Shown: in pieces, positions 57,356 through 64,000 of the stretch
How the letters are laid out: each line of letters starts with the position of its first letter
How positions within the stretch are numbered: position 1 is the stretch's first letter
Assembly: GCA_963748625.1 (NCBI GenBank)
Contig: CAVVJT010000004.1
Span: 384,001 to 448,000, forward strand
From: an uncultured Chloroflexia bacterium
GTDB taxonomy: Bacteria; Chloroflexota; Limnocylindria; Limnocylindrales; CSP1-4
Direction of reading: 5' to 3'
DNA: 64,000 nucleotides
Translations under genes and position numbers: made by a program
The notes under the pieces: model-generated
What the model saw: only the letters and a program-made list of their open reading frames with translations
Databases searched by the model: none
What the model was told of the DNA's origin: nothing

Positions 57356-58563
57356 AGGGAGAACAGCGTCCGAGCGGCCTGGTCGAGCTCGCCGGTGGAG
57401 TCCTCGCGCAGATTTGCGAGGGGCTGGTGGATGAGGCCGGAGACCAGCCGGTGCGACATCTGTTCCACGAGGTCGCGCTCGTGGTCGGCCAGCTCCAGGC
57501 GGCGGAACAGGCGCTCGAGCTCCTCGGCCCGGCGGGTCTCCGCGTGATCGCTGAGGGCCTGGATGGCCGGCACGTGCTCGCGGGAACGGGCCCAGGCCAG
57601 GAGGTTCTGCTCGGCGTCGGCGAGCATCCGCTCGAAGCGGATCCGCAGGCGCTTGCGCAGCTCGGTCTGGGGGTTGCGGGCGAGATCGTCGATGGAGGTG
57701 TACCGGTCGCCCAGGGTCGCGCGGGTCTCGTCATCGAGCGCCGGGGGCGACGAGAGGTCGACGACGGGCTGTGCGCCCATGACCAGCGCGGCGTGTGCTT
57801 CGGGCGACAGGGGCCAGCGGGCCGAGATCGCGAGCAGGTAGGCGTCCGCCTCGGGCAGCGGGGTGTCGGCGCCGAACGGGGCGGGCTCGCCGTTCGCGTC
57901 ATAGGCGAGGGCTGCGGCGCGATCGGAGCTGCGGTTGGCGACGAGCACGCGGGCACCCTGGCGGGCCGACGCGAGCGCGCACAGGCGGGCCATACGGCCC
58001 GCGCCCACCACCAGGACACGCTGGTCGAGCAGCGGACCGGTCACGGGCAGCACCCGGTCGAGCGCCACGTCGGCGAGCGAGAGCGGCGGACCCTCGCGCC
58101 AGGAACGGGTCTCGCGGCCCAGGTGGAGGGCCAGCTGGAACAGCCGCTCGAGCAGCGGGTGGAGACCGATCGCCGACGGGTGATCCGACCCGATCTGCAC
58201 GGGGCAGGCGGCGGCGGCCGGCACGTGGCGGTCCGCGAGGCACTCGCGCAGCTGGTGCAGGATCTGGTCCTCGCCCACCACGACGCTGTCGAGGCCGGCG
58301 GCGACCGAGAACACGTGGCGGGCGGCGTCGGTGCCCTCGAGGCGGATGGTGCCGGCGGGGGCCTCCGGGAGCGGCGGCAGCGGGCACCCGGGGTCGGCGG
58401 CCACGTAGAGCTCGATACGGTGGCAGGTGCGCAGGAGGATCGCCCGCGGGTCATTGGCGATCCTGGCGGCGGCGTCGCCGAATGCCTCGCGCTCTTTGCT
58501 GGGGACGCTGCGGGCGTGGGCGATGAGGGCGATCAGCCCGACGACGGGGCGCGGCTCGGTCAC
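57352..58563 (-). CDS. hemA: Glutamyl-tRNA reductase
   Basis: TCHRIELY, AGLDSVVVGEDQILHQ, VVGAGRMA, VANRS. GTG start overlaps the regulator stop. Confidence 0.9.
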   Translation of the reverse strand: MTEPRPVVGLIALIAHARSVPSKEREAFGDAAARIANDPRAILLRTCHRIELYVAADPGCPLPPLPEAPAGTIRLEGTDAARHVFSVAAGLDSVVVGEDQILHQLRECLADRHVPAAAACPVQIGSDHPSAIGLHPLLERLFQLALHLGRETRSWREGPPLSLADVALDRVLPVTGPLLDQRVLVVGAGRMARLCALASARQGARVLVANRSSDRAAALAYDANGEPAPFGADTPLPEADAYLLAISARWPLSPEAHAALVMGAQPVVDLSSPPALDDETRATLGDRYTSIDDLARNPQTELRKRLRIRFERMLADAEQNLLAWARSREHVPAIQALSDHAETRRAEELERLFRRLELADHERDLVEQMSHRLVSGLIHQPLANLREDSTGELDQAARTLFSL

Positions 58564-59264
58564 ATCTGACTCCCGGTGGTGGATGCGGGGCGACGGGAGG
58601 CGGGGCGGCGGGTTGCGCTGGGGGCGGCCGACTCCCAGCCACGCAACGTGGCGAGGAGCAGGCCGTCGAGGGCCTCGTTGGCCTCGGCGATGAGCGTGGT
58701 GGAGGCGGCGGCGTCGAACTCGCGACGACGGGCAACGGCGCCTAGCTCGGTGAGGAAGGGCCGGCGGAAGCGGAGGAAGAGATCCGCGGTCATCGGTGCG
58801 CCGAGGCCCTGGAGCCCGGAGATCCGGCCGTACTCGGTACAGGCGTCCTCCGCCTCCCGGAGCTGCTCGGCTCGCCGGCCCGGCTCGTCCGAGGAGAGTG
58901 CCTCCACGAGCGCGTTGACGATGGTGCGACCGTAGCCGCGGAAACGCTCGCGCTGGGCGTCATCGAGCTCGGCCACCCAGGGAATGCTGGAGTGATCGTC
59001 CTCCGCAGCGCGCCGGTAGCCCCGGGCCATCCGGCTCGGCGTCTCGCCGAGGTCCGCGAGGGAGGGCCGGACGGACGGCGTCTCGGGCAGGAGGGCCTCC
59101 AGGCCGCTCCGGGAGAACCGGCGATGGCCGCCAGGGGTGACGAAGGTCCGCACCATGCCGGTGTCGCCCCAGCGGCGGACAGTGGAGGCGGAGACACCGA
59201 GCAGCTTGCACGCTTCGGTGAGCGTGACCCAGCCGGGATCGCTCGTGACGGGACGCGTGACCAC
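58560..59264 (-). CDS. MerR/Xis-type HTH protein with all-alpha C-terminal sensor-like domain
   Basis: WVTLTEACKLLGVSASTVRRWGDTG...TPGGHRRF HTH; helical C-terminus. First gene of the heme operon; start GTG 59264 is tentative (ORF track gives 59294). Confidence 0.85.
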   Translation of the reverse strand: MVTRPVTSDPGWVTLTEACKLLGVSASTVRRWGDTGMVRTFVTPGGHRRFSRSGLEALLPETPSVRPSLADLGETPSRMARGYRRAAEDDHSSIPWVAELDDAQRERFRGYGRTIVNALVEALSSDEPGRRAEQLREAEDACTEYGRISGLQGLGAPMTADLFLRFRRPFLTELGAVARRREFDAAASTTLIAEANEALDGLLLATLRGWESAAPSATRRPASRRPASTTGSQM

Positions 59265-59272
59265 GGGACGCC

Positions 59273-59308
59273 CGAAACCTCCCAAATCTACCAAAGCTGC
59301 TCGAACCT
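59273..59308 (-). promoter_or_regulatory. Four imperfect direct repeats with 9-10 nt period (operator candidate)
   Basis: CGAAACCT, CCAAATCT, CCAAAGCT, TCGAACCT on the + strand, between a minus-strand TAGCAT -10-like box (59315-59320) and the regulator start. Confidence 0.45.
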
Positions 59309-59561
59309 GCCGCTATGCTACGGGAGATTGCGGGTGGTCCAGACAGGGCCGACTGGCCTCGCATCGGTCCCATGCGGCCCATGCCGCAACCCTGCCGCTA
59401 CCCCACGGGACCGTCCCGAATATGGGCATTTCGGTCGCGACTTCGTTTGTCCGGGGAAACCCGCGTGCAGGGTTCGGTGCCTGGAGCGATACGGTGGTCC
59501 CGGGGCCAACGGGCCGTTGGTCCCTTCTGCCTTCGGCTGTGCATCAGGCCTACTTGCGGCC

Positions 59562-59810
59562 ATGACTCAAGCGTCCCTGCCGCTCTCCGGCGTCCCCGTC
59601 GGCGAGCGGCGTGTCATCACCGAGATCCAGGGCCACGCGCGCGCCGAGCTGGCGCGCGAAGGCCTCCTGCGCGGGAGCGTGGTGCTGGTCGCGGCGCGCA
59701 CCCCGCTCGGCGGTCCCGTGATCGTGGAGGTGGGTCGTGCCCGGGTCGCCGTGGCAAGCCAGGTGGCGGACAGCGTGATCACCGTGCCGCTCGACACGGT
59801 CCAGGCCTGA
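59562..59810 (+). CDS. feoA: Ferrous iron transport protein A
   Basis: ELAREGLLRGSVV...RTPLGGPVIVEVGRARVAV, SH3-like. Stop overlaps the feoB start. Confidence 0.88.
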   Translation: MTQASLPLSGVPVGERRVITEIQGHARAELAREGLLRGSVVLVAARTPLGGPVIVEVGRARVAVASQVADSVITVPLDTVQA

Positions 59811-61832
59811 TGGTCGAGCTCGACTGCCACGCGGCGCCAGCCCCCGTCGGCGGTGCCGTGCGCGCAGATGGGCGCGACGACAGGTACGCGGACGGGCGTG
59901 CTGACGGGCGCCCCGTGGTCGCGATGGTCGGCCGCCCCAACGTGGGCAAGTCCACGTTCCTCGCGCGCGCCAGCCGCCGCTTCGTCGAGACGGCGAACGC
60001 ACCCGGCACCACCGTTGGTATCGAGCGCCGGCTGATAGCCGTGGGCGGACGCGAGGCCTGGCTGGTGGACCTGCCGGGCACCCGCTCACTGGACGACGAT
60101 CCCGCCGGCGACACGCCGTTCTGGAACGCTCCTGCTCGAGGCTGCGCCGGACGCCATTCTCGTGGTCGTCGATGCCGGCCAGCTGGATCGCCACCTCCCA
60201 ATCGCCATCGCCTGCCGTGACCTGGGCCTGCCGATCGTGGTGGCGGCAAACCTGGCCGACGAGGCCGGCAGGCGCGGGATCACGGTGGACGCCGGCCGCC
60301 TCGGCCAGCTCGTCAACGCGCCCGTGCACGTCACCTGCGGACGGAGCGGTAAAGGCGTGGACAAGGCCCTGGCAGATGCCGTCCGCCTCGCCGGCGTGCG
60401 CCGCGCGGTCCGGTCCGGGGAGAGCTCGCCCCGGTCGACGATCCCGGCGTCCGTCTTTGCCTTCGACGTGGAGCAGCGCCTCGCGGCAGCTGGTTCGGCC
60501 CTGACCGTCGAGCCGCGGTCCCTGGGTGCTGCAGGCTTCCCCGACCCGATCGCCGCGGCCGTCATCGACGGGCGCATCTCGCCACGCGGCGGGGCGTCGC
60601 TGCGGATGGCGGGCATGCTGGAGCCCCCGCGCTGGGCCATCGCGGCACGCTGGGCCGAGCAGTCGGAGCGCCGCACCGACGTGCCGGAGCCCCTCGCGGA
60701 CAAGGCTGCGCGCCTGACGACCTCGCCGTGGCCCGGCATCCCGCTGTTCCTGGGCATCAGTGTCGGCGCCTTCCTGTTCGTCATCTATGTCGGGGGGTTC
60801 CTGGCCTCCGCCCTGGGCGAGGTGTGGGCGGCGACCGTGTCCCCGTTCCTCACCTCGGCCGTGCCCGTGGTCATTCCGTTCCCCGTGGTCGCGAGCTCGG
60901 TGCTGTGGGCGCTCGACGGCGGCATGCTCGGGATGCTCGCGGTGGGGATCCCGTACGTGCTCACGTTCTACCTGCTCCTTGCGGCGCTCGAGGACTCCGG
61001 GTACCTCACCTCCGCGGCGGTGCTCATGGACCGGGTGTTCGGGACGCTCGGGCTGCCCGGTCGGGCGGCGATCCCGCTGCTCGCCGCGGCCGGCTGCAAT
61101 GTGCCGGCGATCTACGGGACGCGCGTGCTGCGGACACGGCGCGAGCGGCTGCTGGCCTCGTGGCTGGTGACGTTGACGCCCTGCTCGGCGCGGTCCGCGG
61201 TGATCATCGCGGCGCTCGCGCCGTTCGCGGGCGTGCAGGTCGCCATCGCGGCGTTCGGCGTGGTGGCTTTGGTCACGATCGGGGCGGGGCTTGCTGCGAA
61301 CAAGATGATCCCAGGCCGCCAGACAGCCCTGGTGCTGGAGCTGGCCCCCTTGCGGGCGCCGGTCGCCAGTCACGTCGTACGCAAGGCCTGGTTCCGGTTC
61401 CGCGCCTTCGTTCTGACGGCCACGCCGATCATGCTCATCGGCTCGCTCGTGCTGGGCGTCGTCTACGAGACGGGCGCCTGGGAGACGGCGGCCGCGGTCA
61501 TCGGCCCGGTGTTCGAGGCCTCGATGGGGCTGCCGGCGATCGCGGGCGTCGCGCTCGTGTTCGCCTTCCTGCGCAAGGAGCTGGCGCTCCAGCTGCTGAT
61601 CGTGTTCGCGGCGGCGCAGGCAGGCTACGCGATGGGCCTGGGCGAGCTCATGACGCCGCCGCAGCTGTTCGTGTACGCGGTGGTGGCCTCGATCTCGATC
61701 CCGTGCATCGCGACACTCGCCACGCTCAAGGGCGAGCTGGGGACGCGCGGCGCGGTGGCGATCACGGTGGCATCTCTGGCGCTGGCGCTCGTGATCGGGA
61801 TGGTGCTTGCGCGCCTGCTCGGGATCGCCTGA
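59810..61832 (+). CDS. feoB: Ferrous iron transport protein B (apparent frameshift near 60126)
   Basis: GRPNVGKS, NAPGTT, DLPG in the first frame; VVDA, NLAD, LEDSGY, GCNVPA, PCSAR, LRKE, PCIAT in the second. Confidence 0.92.
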
Positions 61833-62041
61833 GCGGCGTCGCGGGCGACACGGACGGACCCACATGCGCCCGCACCATCGGCGGTGCTATCGACGCCGAC
61901 AACGCGCGTCCGAGACGCCGATCCGCGCCTCATGGCGTCCCTTGACCGTGCGGCCAGCACTGGGGGTGCTGGGAGACGCTGCAGGTCACTGGCCTGGGCC
62001 GAGTTCGCCGTGAGGTAGCACGGCGGGTGCTGCGCCGCGCG

Positions 62042-62109
62042 TGCTGGGGCCCGACCGGCGCGCGGCGGCGCCGTGGCTGCTGGCGCCCGACCGGCGCCCG
62101 GCGGCGCCC
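62042..62109. repeat. Two-copy tandem repeat with 36-bp period between convergent genes
   Basis: TGCTGGGGCCCGACCGGCGCGCGGCGGCGCC and TGCTGGCGCCCGACCGGCGCCCGGCGGCGCC. Confidence 0.55.
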
Positions 62110-62134
62110 GCCCGGCGAGTGCCCCTCGTGGCGC

Positions 62135-63151
62135 CTACGTCGCCTTGAGCCGCTCCTCGCCCAGGGTCTCCGCGCCCGTGCGTCGCCACAGCTCCGCGGC
62201 CAGCAACTCCGCCACGGCCGACTCCACGATCGAGCGCACCAGGCGGTTCGCGATCGCGGCCTGCGGCAGCGGGATCGACACGTCGGCGGCGGCCTCCTCG
62301 GACCGGACCGGCCCAACCGACACGACGCGGCCGCCGCGCCGGTGGATCGTGCGCACCGCCTCGGCATCGGCGGGAGCTCCGCCATAGAGCAGCACCGGAT
62401 CGCCGGGGAGCAGCGTGTACAGGCCCACGTGCAGCCAGTCGCCCGTGTCGAAGGGCATCGCAGGCAGGCGCGGCCCCTCCCGCAGCATCAGCGCTGCCTG
62501 CTCGAGCGTTCCGGCACGGACCCCGTCGCCCAGGATGTGGATGTGACGGGCGCCATCGAGCACGTCGGCGGCATCGGCGATCCAGGCGTGGCGTCCGGCG
62601 ATCAGCTCCTGGAGCGCGACCACGGACGCATCGAGCGCGGCTCGATCCTCGTCGGGCTCCCCCAGCCCGGCGAGGGACGCGAGGGCCGCCACCGTGGCCC
62701 GGTACGTGAGCGTGGCCACGCCGCTCGCCTCCGCACGGTCCGCGCGCAGGGGGATCAGCGCGTCGGCATGGCGAGCCAGCGGCGAGTCCGGGTTCGCGGT
62801 GAGCGCCAGCACGAACGACGTCCCGCGGTTGCGCTCGGCGGCGTTGAGCACCTCGGGTGTCCGACCAGACGCAGAGATCGCGACGACGAGCGTGTCGCGG
62901 CTGCCCGGTGAGTACGTTGAGGCGGAGGCGGTCTCCGCGTACGCGTCCCGCTGCGCCTCCCGCAGCCGGCACGCGGCGTCGAGGGCGGCGAACCGCGAGC
63001 TGCCCATGCCCACCAGGCGCCAGGTGGGCCGGGCGAGGGCGCCAACCTGGAGGTCGCGGATCGCCGCCTCCTGCGCGCGGAGGACCTCGGCCAGCTCGGC
63101 GGGGGCGGCGAGGATGTCCTCGAGAAGGGCAGTAGACCGGTCCACGCTCAT
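62135..63151 (-). CDS. SIS domain sugar-phosphate isomerase/deaminase (GlmS-C/FrlB-like)
   Basis: GMGSSRFAA, AISASGRTPE, LTANPDSPLA, ALMLREGP, WLHVGLY. Confidence 0.85.
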   Translation of the reverse strand: MSVDRSTALLEDILAAPAELAEVLRAQEAAIRDLQVGALARPTWRLVGMGSSRFAALDAACRLREAQRDAYAETASASTYSPGSRDTLVVAISASGRTPEVLNAAERNRGTSFVLALTANPDSPLARHADALIPLRADRAEASGVATLTYRATVAALASLAGLGEPDEDRAALDASVVALQELIAGRHAWIADAADVLDGARHIHILGDGVRAGTLEQAALMLREGPRLPAMPFDTGDWLHVGLYTLLPGDPVLLYGGAPADAEAVRTIHRRGGRVVSVGPVRSEEAAADVSIPLPQAAIANRLVRSIVESAVAELLAAELWRRTGAETLGEERLKAT

Positions 63152-64000
63152 GCGGGCTCTCCGTGGTCGAGAAGCCACCGCATGCCCTCGCGCGGTGCCC
63201 AGAGCCAGCTGGGCAGCACCGTTGCGGCGTACACGAACTCGTAGGCCTCCTTGGCAACCTCGAACGCGTCGAGGAGGTCGCCGTCAAGTGTGAAGGGCGC
63301 GCCTGATCTTCGCAGCCCCCCCGTGTAGGCCGCAAGGAACCGCTGGCGCGCCCGCTCGATCCAGGCGTCGATGTCCAGGCCCGGGCGCTCGATCGGTCCG
63401 CCGGTCCGCTGCTCCGCCCGCCGCCGGGCGCTCCGCGCCACGTGATCGAGGGACCGCAGCAGCGAGGCGACATCCCGCAGCGGGGAGTCCAGCCTTCGCC
63501 GGTCCTCGATCGGCCGCAGCGGCTCGCCCTCGAAATCGATCACGCGATACCCGTCGGCCGCGACCAGGATCTGGCCGAGGTGCAGGTCGCCGTGGATGCG
63601 CATGACGAGCGGCGCCACAGCGACAGCCTCGAAGCGCGAGACGCGAGCAGCGATGGCGGCCGCCTCGCGCTTGAGCTCCGCGCCGGCCCCCGGATCGACG
63701 GCGGTCACCGCGGGCAGGGCCGCGTTGAGCTGGCGGTGCGCGTCCAGGCGCCAGGCCTTGAGCTCATCGTGGGTCGCCTCGCGCGGCGCGAGGTCCGGGG
63801 CATCCGACGGCGGGGTGGCCAGGGCGGCATGGAGCCCGGCGACGAGCGTGCCCAGGTCCTCGGCCACCTCCGTCGCCCATTCCATCGACACTGAGCCGGG
63901 CGCGGCCACCAGGTCCGCCAGGAACTCCGCGGTCTTCTCGTACAGGTCCTCGGCCTCGCCGATGAAGGCCTGGAGCATCGCGACCGTTGCCACGCCGCCG
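63148..64000 (-). CDS. Maltokinase-like (APH-fold) sugar kinase, 5'-truncated by window edge
   Basis: RIHGDLHLGQIL, VIDFEGEP, SPLRDVASLLRS, KEAYEFVY. Stop overlaps the SIS start. Confidence 0.85.
   Translation of the reverse strand, partial: GGVATVAMLQAFIGEAEDLYEKTAEFLADLVAAPGSVSMEWATEVAEDLGTLVAGLHAALATPPSDAPDLAPREATHDELKAWRLDAHRQLNAALPAVTAVDPGAGAELKREAAAIAARVSRFEAVAVAPLVMRIHGDLHLGQILVAADGYRVIDFEGEPLRPIEDRRRLDSPLRDVASLLRSLDHVARSARRRAEQRTGGPIERPGLDIDAWIERARQRFLAAYTGGLRRSGAPFTLDGDLLDAFEVAKEAYEFVYAATVLPSWLWAPREGMRWLLDHGEPA

Noticed and set aside
7140-60130. Frameshifts in the GQ protein (~7150), E2 (~19905), E1-beta (~24355), E1-alpha (~25797), hemY (~48840), radical SAM (~50845) and feoB (~60126) as programmed frameshifting or pseudogenisation
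   Set aside because: Most are repaired by removing a single base, they are scattered over unrelated housekeeping genes, no shared slippery motif is evident, and both halves keep their motifs. This fits sequencing or assembly indels; read-level inspection would confirm.
7289-62109. CRISPR array
   Set aside because: The repeats found are contiguous tandem or inverted repeats without unique spacers, and no cas genes were seen.
394-63894. Numerous long antisense or overlapping ORFs (e.g. 12503..15151, 25725..27509, 55469..57547, 59550..61865)
   Set aside because: Shadow ORFs expected in very GC-rich DNA; they lack recognisable motifs and overlap well-supported genes.

Overview
Very GC-rich bacterial chromosomal segment. 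The gene content and protein styles suggest Chloroflexota (possibly Ca. Limnocylindria); this is inference only. No rRNA, tRNA, CRISPR array, integrase or transposase was recognised. Left to right: a partial DUF1015 gene; an ~14 kb operon (large membrane protein, ABC ATPase and permease, coiled-coil/GQ-repeat protein, MoxR AAA+, DUF58, two VWA proteins) behind a clear ECF-type promoter, followed by a sortase-fold protein; a SufR-like regulator; an adenosine deaminase-family gene; a 2-oxoacid dehydrogenase cluster (lpdA, E1a, E1b, DUF1801, E2, lipA) split by a four-gene insert (CPBP protease, small membrane protein, TMEM175, glycolipid-binding domain); a double zinc-ribbon protein with a GYS-rich linker; glpD, nnrE, DUF1810 and mutY; two tandem ECF sigma/anti-sigma pairs with shuffled extracellular domains; an acyltransferase_3-SGNH gene with a stand-alone SGNH paralog; the AmmeMemoRadiSam trio; an LLM oxidoreductase; four lipoproteins; a coproporphyrin-type heme operon led by an HTH regulator, with a radical SAM gene where chdC would be expected, divergent from feoAB; and a SIS protein with a partial maltokinase-like kinase. 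Seven genes carry small frameshifts that look like sequencing or assembly errors. The best leads are the heme/iron regulatory module, the ECF-driven MoxR-VWA-ABC envelope machine with its adjacent sortase, the modular anti-sigma paralogs, and a structured intergenic RNA candidate at 36823-36978.
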